DNA of 64,000 bases from Azolla caroliniana (lineage: Eukaryota > Plantae > Polypodiophyta): contig JBHGNT010000005.1 of the NCBI GenBank assembly GCA_043228905.1, forward strand, positions 11,780,001 through 11,844,000, read 5' to 3'. Below the pieces are notes generated by a model. That model made no database searches. It had not been told where the DNA came from and saw only the letters and a list, made by a program, of their open reading frames with translations. Below are positions 39,701 through 51,349 of the stretch, one piece after another. Every line of letters starts with the position of its first letter. Positions within the stretch are counted from its first letter, which is position 1. A program made the position numbers and the translations under genes.

Positions 39701-40034
39701 ATATGTATAGTCTCTAGAATATGAAATCTAATATCATAGGAATATTCTATATTACTCTACATTCTAGAATGACCTAGAATCTTCTAGAGTGTTCTATACC
39801 ACTAGAACCTTCTAGAATACTCTAGAGATCTTCTAGATTACTCTACATTCTAGGATAACCTAGAATATTCTAGAGTGTTCTCTATTACTTATAAATAGGG
39901 ATCTATCACCCATCCCAAACCTAAATTGGTTCAACGCCATTTTGTAGCCTACTCTTTGTAATCCATTTTACGCTTCAATATAATAATTCTCTTTCAATTA
40001 TCTCTCTATCTCTTTTTCTCTCTCAGTCTTAACA
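33743..40034 (+). mobile_element. Tcn1-like chromovirus, family C, pseudogenised; truncated 5' LTR 33743-33958, 3' LTR 39569-40034
   Basis: gag from 34047 and pol 35150-39576 with YLDD, integrase and chromodomain (YYLVDWLGY..DRTWEP); PPT GAAGGGGGATAG; many stops and frameshifts. Confidence 0.92.
36744..37548. mobile_element. Solo LTR (805 bp) inserted into pol of element C
   Basis: TGTCA..TGACA ends; flanks ACGG/ATGG; removing it restores AFTTAPIL. Confidence 0.85.
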
Positions 40035-42887
40035 GCGCGCTCGCAACAAGAGTTGACCCACCACAATGACGGAGTCTCGACGTAGTCGATAATGTATCCA
40101 ACGAGTGTAGCTCGGCCTCATATTTATAGCTAGACCTAAGGCCCCCAGGCAAGTTCACACTTGGCCTAATGGGTTGTCCAGATCCCAAGGATTAAAAAGT
40201 AATCCTTTCCTTATTTACAGTCACGTTTAACCCTCACAATTTATCCATGTGTATAGAATACTACGATAAAACTTACCACGGGATATGGTCATGCCCGTAA
40301 CAACATTCCTATTGAGAGGAGTTGAGACGGACTTGCACTTGAAGAGCATACACAACATATAATGTCGTTGGCTGATCAGTATGCCTTCGGGGGTGTGGAT
40401 CACTTTGATCCCAAGGAAGTAATGAAGGTCGCCCAAATCCTTCATTTCGAATGATGCCGCAAGTTGGGGCTTGACGCAATAGAGTTCTTCTTGGTCGGCA
40501 CTAGCGATGACTAAATCATCAAGTTAAAGTAAAATACTAACCGGTCCACTCCGACCTTGCTGGATGAAAAGTGAAGAGTCTGACTTCGATGTGGCAAACC
40601 CCATCCAATGCAATCACTGCATGATTTTCATAGACATATGCCACAAAGGAAGCTAGGGATTGAACCGAAGAACTCCTGGTGTCTATTGGGAAACCTTACC
40701 AATTGAAGTACATATGCATCCTTATACTAAATCCAAAGTCATATAGTGTAGATTGAACATTAGAAGTTTCTAGCTTGCACACATTCTTATGCATCCTCAT
40801 GCATACTCTATTTCTAGCTAGCTTATACAACCTTACCTTCTTGTATAAATACTCAAGTGCACCTTGATTCTAATCAAGGAGAACAACACCAGTTACAGGT
40901 TCTATAAGCTAATTTCTTGTTCGTTTTCTCTCTCTTGTGTTCTAGTCTTGTCTTCGCTTTGCTCTATTATACTTGTCCGTGATAGTTTGTTCACCTTCCC
41001 TCTTCTTGCTACCATAACCAACTCCGTCGACAACCTAAATAAAATCATGATAGCCTTGCAACAACTTCAGCCAGAGAATGAAATCCTTCGGGAATCATTA
41101 CGAGAGTTGCAATTGGGCACTTCAAGAAATCCACCAACCCCCGAGTCACAACCACCGTCGGCACCTAGCCCGACCATGTCCTCTTCCCATCCATATGTCC
41201 TCGAACCAAACATCAGCCTACCGAACAAATTCAACGGCACAAGGGCGTATCTTCGCGGCATCATCAACCAAATTTGGCTTATCATCTGGTTACAGCCCCA
41301 ACGGTATGCTAGTGACTTTTCTCGGGTTGGGCTTGTCAGCACACTTCTCTCCAGACCGGCGCAAGCGTGGTTCGCACCCTTGATCAAGACGTCATCCCCT
41401 ACCTTAGAAAACTTCACCACTTCCATTGAGGAGCTCGAAGCGACATTTGGCGAGACAGACCGACAATGAACGATACTCACAAAGCTTTATTCTTTCCAAC
41501 AAGGCTCACATCCACCCTCGCTCTATGCCTCAGAGTTCCGTTAGATTGCATGCATTGTCAGTTGGGATGACCAAGCCCTATGCAAACATTTCCGTTGTGG
41601 GATCTGAAACAACATCGGGGCGCACTAGGTGGAACTCACGTTCTACTTCATCGCAACCCCCCGACATCCGATTGTGTTGGGGCTATCTTGGTTGGAGGCA
41701 CACAATCCGATAGTGGATTGGTGTAACCGCTTCATCACTTTTCTAGTAAGGCCAATTCCTACTAGGTCACGACACTCTCTTGATTCTGTTGCGGTCGAGT
41801 CTGGTTTCGTCGCTACACTGGCCGTTGCGTCAGGGGACATCACCATTCCTATCAACAATTTACCCGTCCGATATAGCGACTTTTCTGACATCTTCGAAAA
41901 GTGGAATGCCGATCGGTTACCGGTTCATCGCCCATGGAACTCCAAGCTGGCGAGCATCCCCCATTTGGTCCTATCTATGGGTTATTTGTCAAAAAGAAGG
42001 ACGGCTCCTTACACTTATGTGTGGATTATCGAGGTTTCAACAAAGTTACGGTGCGTAATCGTTCCCCCCTGCCCTTAATTCCAACACTCCTCGATCGACT
42101 CCGAACTGGGCATATCTTCTCCAAAATAGACCTTCGGGGCGCCTACAATCTGGTGCGCATCAAGCCTGGGGATGACTAGAAAACGGCATTTCAGACACGC
42201 TATGTACATTTCGAGTACAAAGTTATGCCATTCGGCCTTACCAATGCTCTAGCTGACTTCCATCACATGATGAACGATATTTTTCGAGAGTATCTCGATC
42301 ATTTTTGGTCATCTACCTTGATGACATCCTAGTTTTTTCTTCCAACTGGGAGGAGCACACATACCACGTCCGGCTAGTTCTCACCAAACTCCGGGAATAT
42401 GGGCTCTTTGCCAAAAGTGAGAAATGCGAATTCGATAGGACCTTTGTAGAATTCTTGGGTTACATGATCTCACCGACAGGGATCACAATGGATGAACACA
42501 AGGTAGCGGCAATCCTTGATTGGCCTCTCCCTACTCAGCTGAAAGAGGTAAAATCGTTTCTTGGTTTTGCAAATTTTAATAGAATATTTATAGACGGGTT
42601 CTCTTCCCTAGTCCAACCTCTCATCGAGCTTACCCGGAAAGATACTCCATTTCTTTGGACCCCCTGACACACAATGCTTTTAATGCCCTCAAAGGAGCTT
42701 TTGTCTCCGCCCCCGTGTTAGTCCACCCCCCCGACCTCACCCGCCCTTTCTAGGTTGAAACCGACACCTCTAACTTTGCCATAGGTGTGGTCTTGTCTAA
42801 GCCCGACGACGATGGCACCCTACATCCGGTCGCCTTCTACTCTCGGATGTTAACAACACCGGAAATCAATTATCCGGTGTGTGACAA

Positions 42888-45800
42888 GGAGACACATATT
42901 TGAAGTGCCCTTCAAATACCGGAGTATCCATTTGACCGCGTTCCAGTGCTCCTTGCCGGGATTGCTGATAAACCAGCTCACCACTCCGACTGCGTATCCT
43001 ATATCCGGTCGGGTACAAACCATTGCGTACATCAAGCTCCCGATGGCACAAGCGTATGGAATCTTCATCATATCTGCCTTCTCTGCTTTTGTCTTCGGGC
43101 TTTGCTTACCAGATAACTTGTAGTTTGCCGGAAGTGTCGATCCAACCGGTTTCGCATCTGACATGTTGAACCGGTGAAGCACCTTTGTCACGTACTTCTC
43201 CTGTGACAGCCATAATTGCTTCGCTAACCGGTCCCGAATGATGTGCATCCCCAGCATCTGTCTTGCCAGACCCAAGTCTTTCATTAAGAAGGTCCAGTTG
43301 AGAGCCTTCTTCAGCATCCGTATTTTGACTTGGTGCCGTCCGACGATCAACATGTCGTCCACGTACAGAAGGACTATCAGGAAGTCGCCTCCTTCGAACT
43401 TCTTCACAAACACGCAGTGATCGGCCTGTGTCTTGTGCTACCCTTCATCGGTCATGAAGGAGTCGAACTTCCGGTACCATTGCCGGGGGACCTGCTTCAA
43501 CCCGTAGAGGCTCTTCTTCAACCGGCAAACCAAGTGCTCCTTCCCTTTCTCCACGAATCCTTCCGGTTGCTGCATGTAGATCTCCTCTTCGAGGTCACCG
43601 TGAAGGAATGTTGTCTTCACGTCTAGCTGCTCTACCTCGAGGTCCATGCTTGCTGCTATACTCAGCACCGTCCGGATGAATGTCATCTTTACTACCGGGG
43701 CAAATATCTCGTCGAAGTCCACGCCCTTCTTCTGCTGGAACCCCTTCACCACGATCCTGGCTTTGTATCTCGGGGGGTTGCCGGCATCTCCCGGTTTCAA
43801 CTTGTACACCCACTTGTTTCGGAGTGCCCGCTTTCCTTTCGGCAACTCCACCAATTCGTACGTATGGTTTTCATGCAGGGAATACATCTCGTCCTGCATG
43901 GCACATAACCATTTTCGGCTGTGGGTGTCATCCTTCGCTTCTTCGAAGCTTTCCGGCTTTCCCTCATCGGTGAGCAGAACATGCTCTGCATCCGGAAATC
44001 TCTAGGGGGCCCTTCTCTCTCTGAGAGGATATCTCCGTCTTCGGGCTTCAGTAACCGGCTCCTCCATTTGCTCTTCATCCGAATCTGATTCGGGGTCTTG
44101 GCCGGTTCCGGTTTCAGCTTCGTCTACTTCTTCTTCTGCTGGTTCGATATCCTCACCATAACCGGCTGGCTCCTCGAGTGCTAACCGGTCTCTTGCCGGT
44201 TGGATCTGTTCATTGTAGAGTCTATCCTTACCGGTCGACTCGGAGTTCATTATCTTCTTCTTCGACTCCCAGTCGGCGAGCGTCTTGTCCTCCATGAAGA
44301 TAATATCTCGACTCCGGAATACCTTCTTGTCGACCGGGTCCCACACTCGGTAGCCGAACTCATCGTCGCCATAACCGAACTCCGGACCCTCTCCATTATG
44401 GGCCGGTTCATCCTCTCGGCCAGCCCGTTTAGTTCCGGCGTCTTCGGCACGGTAAATTCGAGCCGGATTCCCTTCGAGTGACAGTACTCCTCGAACTGCC
44501 CACAGTATTCTCCTCCGTTATCTGCTCAAACCGCCTTTAGCTTCCGGCCGGTTTCTCTTTCCACTCTCGCGTGGACCTCTTTGAAGACGGATAACACCTG
44601 ATCCTTCGTCTTCAACGGTGTGGCCCACAGCTTCCGGCTGTGGTCATCTATGGACGTCACGAAGTACTGTGCTCCGGCATGTGACTTTCTGTCTACTTGA
44701 CACACATCCGTATGCACCAACTCCAGTGGTACATTACGTCTCATCGGTGGCCTTGGTCGGAAGGAGGTCCGGTTCTACTTACCAGCCAGACAATCAGTGC
44801 ACTTCTCTATGTGCACGTTCTTCACTGGAATGAGGTTGTCGTTTGCAAGCCTCTTCATCCCCTTCTCGTTCATATGACACAGCCTCTTGTGCCACAGCTC
44901 ACCGACAGTGTCGGATGCCACGTTCACTTCTTCCAGACATAACCGGGCATTCACCAAGTACAGTGTGTTTACCTTCCGGGCCCGAGCCACAATCAGGCTC
45001 CCTTTGCTGAACTTCATGACACTGTTCCGGATGCTACCCGTGTAGCCCTCATCATCTAGCCAACCGGTTGATATCAAGTTTAGTCGAACGTCCGGAACGT
45101 GTCGGACATCCTTCAGCAGCAACTTGCATCCGGTTGGTGTCGACAGCCACACGTCTCCTATGCCGACAATTCGGCATGTACCTTCATTCCCCATCCGGAC
45201 ACAATTGTGATCACCGGCTGAGTAGGATGAGAAGCATTTCCGGTCCGGGGTAAGGTGGAACGACGCTCCGGAGTCTACCACCCAGGTCATCTCGTCGCCG
45301 GCAAGGTTTATCTCACTCTCCTCGGTGATGAGCATCAACTCCTCTTCACTTGCCGCGATTGCTGTCGTTCCCTTCTGGTCCGGTCCCCTACGGTCTTTAC
45401 CGTTCCGGTCCGGTGTCCGCTTCGAATTGGTGCCGTCGGTTTCCTTGTCTTTACGGAAGTGCCGATAGTTTTTCTGGAAGTGTCCCGGCTTCCCGCAATA
45501 GAAGCAAGTAGGCCTCCCCCTCGACTTTGACCGTGTCCCTGACTTCTCCCGGTTCTGGGGACTACGGTTTCTGTGTCTTCCGCGTTCCGATTCGGTAAGG
45601 AGCGCTTTGGAGTCGGAGCTCGTATCCTTATCTTTCCGACGCGCCTCCTCATCCAGCAAGCTCGACTTCACTCTTGCTAGGGATAACCGTTTTCCTTCCG
45701 GCCCGGCGTTGCCCAAAGTGACAACCAACGTCTCCCAGCTATCCGGGAGGGAACCAAGCAGGAGTAGCGCTAGTACCTCGTCGGTGAGAGGTACTTCCAA

Positions 45801-46494
45801 TGATGTTGCCTGGTGGATCAGCCCCTAGAAGGCATTCATGTGCTCCGCCATGTTGGAGCCATCTTGGTACCGGAGTCTTATTAGCTTCCGGAATACCGAA
45901 ACCTAATTAACATCATTTTTGTTTTGAAACATTATGTCGATCTTCTCCCAGAGCTCATGAACCTTGCTCTCTTCTTTGAAGTTGTTGTATAGGCTCATGT
46001 CGATGAAGCACCGTATGTACGTTGTTGTCTTCATGTGCATCACCTCCCATATCGCGGCGTCGATTTTGTCTGGTCTCTTGTCTCCGAACTGAACCGGCAG
46101 CCAGAGGTCTTTAACCACAAGCATGTCGCTCATCTTCGACTTCCACACTGAATAGTTTGAGCCAATGAGCTTGAACATGCCGCCAAACGATTCGTCCATT
46201 TTCTATGTTGTTTCACTCTGATACCACTTGGCGGGAATTGCACACTCCCTATACACAACGCTCGGCCACAACCGAGCTTAGAATCATACATAGAAAACGG
46301 GAAATAATGAACGACACGAAGAAGAGATGAGTACGCAGGATGTTTACGTGGAAAACCCAAACTAAGGGAAAAACCATGGCAGCCCACGGGCTGCAAACTA
46401 TCACTATGTTAGAATGTATAATAGTGAGTTCACGGAGGCAACGACCTCGTGCTAACGATCCTTGCCACAGGCGGCAGTTACAACAGAGGCAACG

Positions 46495-46533
<39 letters not shown>

Positions 46534-47091
46534 CACTATTACGCGCACTAATCTCGTGCAAAAACAAGAATGACAATAACAACTAGAAGTTTTCCCTAAG
46601 TCATATTTATACTAATATGACTTTTCGGCTATTTACAAATATGGCCATGATGGACTCTCAGAAACATATTTACGAATATGTCTCTTCATCTGGTTCTCAC
46701 CGGGTCTGCACCATCCGGCTCTTTGTAGCCGTGTACTCCTCATCCGGTTCTCACAGGGTCTGTACCATCCGGCTCTCCGTAGCCGGGTACTCATCATCTG
46801 GTTCTCACCGGGTCTGTACCATCCGGCTCTCCGAAGCCGGGTACTCCTCATCCGGTCTTCACCGGGTCTGTATCATCCGGCTCTCCGTAGCCGGGTACTC
46901 CTCATCCGGTTCTCACCGGGTCTGTACCATCCGGCTCTCCAAAGCCGGGTACTCCTCATCCGGTCTTCACCAGGTCTGTATCATCCGGCTCTCGGTAGCC
47001 GGGTACTCCTCATCCGGTTTCGGCCTCGGCCGAGTTTGTTCATCGGCACTGTTCTTCTCCCTTCCCATCCGGAGGGACCTGTCTCCCAACA
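42888..47091 (-). mobile_element. Tnt1/Tork-like copia (5' LTR 46229-47091, PBS, gag-PR-partial INT-RT) inserted in the 3' LTR of D; 3' end deleted
   Basis: PBS 46215-46226; ORFs 45903-46199, 44775-45800, 43438-43899, 42850-43413 (YVDD). Confidence 0.88.
46685..47020. repeat. 54-bp tandem repeat x6 in copia LTR U3
   Basis: CATCCGGTTCTCACC-type anchor every 54 bp (46741, 46795, 46849 ...). Confidence 0.85.
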
Positions 47092-47570
47092 GATTGAAGA
47101 TTGGAAGTTTCTAGGTTGCACACATTCTCATGCATTATCTATTGCATGCATCTTCATGCATTCTCTATTGCATGCATCCTCATGCATAATCTATTTCTAG
47201 ATGGCTTACATAGCCCTACCTTCTTTTATAAATACGCAGGTGCACCTTGATTCTATAAGTTACGGATTCTATAAGCCATCTACGGATTCTATAAGTTTAG
47301 TTCTTGTTCCTTTCCTCTCTCTTGTGTTCTAGTCTTGTATTCACTTTGGTCTATTATACTTGTCCGTGACAGTGATCTTAACGTTCCAGGCACGTGGGGC
47401 TTGCTTTAGTCCGTAGAGGAACTTCTTGAGTTGGCAAACAACTGGTGTGTCCTCTCCGGTGAAGTCGAACTAGTGTATGTTCCAACGGATCAGTAAGCGG
47501 CCAATATATTCACCAAACCCTTAGGTCTTGACAAGTTGCGGCAATTTTCGGGCATGCTTGGTGTGTAGCG

Positions 47571-50500
47571 TGTTATGTACACATAACGTTGGTGAGGGTA
47601 GGTCACTAATATTTACATTAGTGAAGGGTATGTTCACTAGTGTTTAAAAGGGAACTAATGATTGGATAGAAGGAATGGTAGGTGCATGCACTATCATGAT
47701 TTGGACAACCAATGAATGGAGAGCCTTTTAGAAAGGCACATCTATTCAAGGGGCCTAGGAAAAGGTATAAATATGAGGCTTAGCTACCCTAATAAGGGGA
47801 TTATGTCGGAAGGCTACTGTCTTAGACACCGGTGGTGCGGGCTAGGCTTTCGTATCGATGATCGTGTTGATCTCTTCCAAGGTATTAGTCAACCTAATAT
47901 CCAACAGTATGGGACGTCGGTGGTAGGTTGGCTATGTCTAGATCATAGCTCGGGGGTGGTCGGGTGGAATGGGTTGTTTTATCCAATCTATTTTCCTTCT
48001 TTTACTTTACTTTGGTCTATTGATTAGTAATAGACTCTTAACAGTGGTATCAGAGCTTTTATTAACAAATTTTTTTGTTGTTTTGATATTTTTTGCGTGT
48101 GAGCGATGGGGATCTAACAAGGCTCGTCATGCTCTTCTCAGGATCAAAACAACACTCTAAACCCGGTATTCTTCTTTCTCGATCTCTCTTCTTTCTATGA
48201 TGCGTTCTTGTTGGCCGAATCAAATTTGTATTACGTTTTCTTTTCTTTTCTTTCTACTTTCTACCGCGCTACGATTTTAATTATTATTGTGCATCGGGCC
48301 GAGCGTGTTTGCACTAATCGCACACGCTCAACTCATGGCCCTTTTGCATATTGCGATGTATCTCCCATTCTCCCCTCTCTTGAGCCTTCTCCTACAATAT
48401 TAATTATTGTTGTGCATTGGGTCAAGCATGTTTGCCATAATCGCACACGCTCACCTCATGGCCTTTTTGCATATGATGTTGAGTATGCCACTCTTCCCTT
48501 TATTGAGCCATCACTTGGCTGATTCTATGGGATGTTGTGGTCTTGACGAGGTGTATGTCGCCTACCTATGCCACTCTACTCTCTATTGAGCCATCACTTG
48601 GCCGATTCTATGGGATTTTGTGGCCTTAACGAGGTATATGTCGCTTACCTATGCCACTTTACTCTTTATTGAGCCATAAATTAGCCGATTCTAGGGAGAT
48701 GTGGTGGTCTTGAGGAGGTGCATGTCGACTACGTTAGGGTTTCATACCTTAAGGCATGCTTAATGATTCATACACCTAATTGATTATTATTCTAATTAAT
48801 TTCTAATTACACAAATTTTCGTTTCACTTTTGTATGATTTTCTAGTAATTGTCATTTACCCACCCACAATTAACTCTCTTTCTTGCCCTTATTTTAAGTT
48901 CATCTACACTATTTATGTATGTTTAATGGTGTAATGATTCATGTAGACTATTTTTTAATATTGAGTGGGCATCATGCTATTTTTTGAACGATTTTTTCCA
49001 ACGGCTCATCTAGGTTTAACTCATATTATCGAGCCTTAGAACTCGAGTAAAACCACATGAGTTCCCCTATTGATGTTTTACTTAGATTTGAGTTCTACAT
49101 CTTTGCGCACAACACCACCGCCACTTGTATCAATTTGTGGCTTATGTCACAATTGTGCAAATTACAACCACCATATCGGGATGTATATGTGCATACCTCG
49201 CACCATCCATTTATTTGTGACATTTGTTTTTAGTAGGTAACACATGGGTTTTTTGACCCTTGTTTTCGTCACTGCGTGATTCTTATGGGTAGTGCCTTAT
49301 TTTATCGTTTTTGTCATAACATTTGCTTGTTACTCGCAAGACTAGAATATTACTTGCAAGTGCACTTGTTTTTTCACGTAATACACTTTCTCGACCATAT
49401 CAATACATGTTGGGTTGGCATTCTAATATAAGGCTAACTAGGAAACTATGTTCATGTTAGAACCATGGTTGAGCCTCGAGGAGCCGCCATGATTATTCAA
49501 GATAGAGATCCGAGAAAAACATCTTAGCTATGTTTTCCCCCATGGTTTTTAAAACACCATAGTGTTACCATAGTTATCGGATCTCGAATCACATCTCATA
49601 TGTCTAGAGGGGTAAAGACGTGAGATGCTTTCTTGGTAAAGTTCTTACAATCAAAATTTCAAGAATTCATTTTTCTTGTGTATTTTCTGAACCTCCTTAT
49701 TTATATTGCATACCCACAGCTTGCATCATGGAACAAGTTTTGAACGCTGTTGGAGCAATCTCTCAGACTGAGACCTCTCAACTCCAATCCACATCTCGCA
49801 CATAAGCTGAGATCACTATTGAGCAATTGCTCACTACTACCTTGAATCAATTGGCTGAAATGAGGCAAACCAATATGGCATTGGAAAACAAATTCCAAGA
49901 ATTGAATATTGAGTCCAAGAAAGAAGGTGAGCCTTCTTTCGTAGTAACGACATTCAAGGGAGATAAGAAAGAAAGAACCGAGGAGGCCATTAGCACTTGG
50001 CTTCGTCATTTGGAGTCTCACTTTGAGCTCCACCCCAAGCCCGATGCTGTAAAAATTGGTTATGTCAGTCGTGAGTTAGCTGGCCGAGCTACTGCTTGGT
50101 GGTGCGGCCTAAGCAAAGAACTTACCCATAACTTGGGAAGGTTTCGTTGATGTTTTTAAGAGATAGTGTTTGTAGCCACCTTCTCAAACTGAACAAGTGC
50201 AACACTTACTCACGTTGTCGAGTAAGCCATTTACCTCTCTCGAGGAATATGTGCATCATGCTCGAACCCAGATCCAAAAATCGGGACTTACGGGTGAGAA
50301 ATGGTGTGTTGCTTGCTTTTTGAATGGTATTCCCAATGGGGATTATCATTGGATTGTCCATGACAAGGACCCCACAACTTTCGAGGAAGCCGTCAACATT
50401 GTACTCTAGTACCATAGGACTTCCAAGAAAGACCACAATAAACCTGAGTTTGCCAAAACTCGGAATGGCAAGTTCATTGGGAAACGTAAGCAATCCAATG

Positions 50501-50586
50501 ACACTCTTGACCGTGACTCCAAGAAACCGAACCTCTTCTGTGCATATTGCAAGAAGCTCGATCATCGTCCAGGTATGTTTCAATTA
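47571..50586 (+). mobile_element. Ty3/gypsy 5' part: LTR 47571-48043, tRNA-iMet PBS, long leader with tandem repeats, degraded gag
   Basis: TG..CA, PBS TGGTATCAGAGC 48045-48056; gag from ATG 49728 with LAGRATAWW and CAYCKKLDH; truncated at the knuckle. Confidence 0.8.
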
Positions 50587-50769
50587 GAGAAACCCCAAAC
50601 ATTTGTTTTTTCTTTTTGACTACTGTTTGAACTTTGGTGCCGATTCATATTTCCCCAAAATCGAATAGGGCGAAGTCCTTGGAGTCCCATACAAGAATGT
50701 CTCGCAGATCGGGGAGTAGCAGCAGGTGTGTTTATATTACTTTTTCTGTGTTTAATCCTGTATTAGTGA

Positions 50770-51300
50770 TGATTGGGGTTTCTGATTGAAATTTCTGATT
50801 AGGGTTTTTGTTTATAATTTTCTAATTAGAATTTCTAATTAGGGTTTGTGATTGAAATTTCTGATTAGGGTTTCTGATTAGGGTTTTTGATTATAAATTT
50901 CTGATTAAAATTTCTGATTAGGGTTTTTGGTTACAAATTTTGATTACAGATTAGAATTTCTAATTAGAATTTCTGAATAGAGTTTTTATTTATAAATTTA
51001 TGTTTAGGATTTCTGATTAGGGTTTCTGATTGAAATTTTTTATTAGGGTTTCTGATTGAAATTTCTGATTAGGGTTTTTGATTATAAATTTCTAATTAGA
51101 ATTTCTTAATAGGGTTTCTGGTTACAAACTTCTGATTACAGATTTTGATTAGGGTTTCTGATTTCAAACTTCTGATTACAGATTTTGATTAGGGTTTCTA
51201 ATTTCAAATTTCTGAATACAAATTATGATTAGGGTTTTTTATTTGCTAAGTTAAAGATTTTGCACTATTTTTGTAGTTGTTGATTGGGGTTTCTGATTCT
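50770..51300 (+). repeat. Degenerate telomere-like/telo-box array (GATTAGGGTTTCT-type unit, about 13 bp)
   Basis: More than 10 TTAGGGTTT copies mixed with GAAATTTCT variants; lies between candidate donor 50726 and acceptor 51349. Confidence 0.85.
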
Positions 51301-51349
51301 AACATATTCTGATTTTGCACTATTTCTGATTTCTGAAATGATATTTCAG

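Larger units (their letters stand above)
40626..47371 (+). mobile_element. Tcn1-like chromovirus, family D, degraded; 5' LTR 40626-40984, 3' LTR remnant 47092-47371
   Basis: Flanks ATGAT/GTGAT, with copia RT continuous across them; gag [19 protein letters not shown] and YLDD. Confidence 0.8.

Noticed and set aside
50770-51300. True telomere or chromosome fusion site
   Set aside because: Units are degenerate ~13-mers rather than contiguous TTTAGGG, there is no head-to-head junction, and splice-like sites flank the array.
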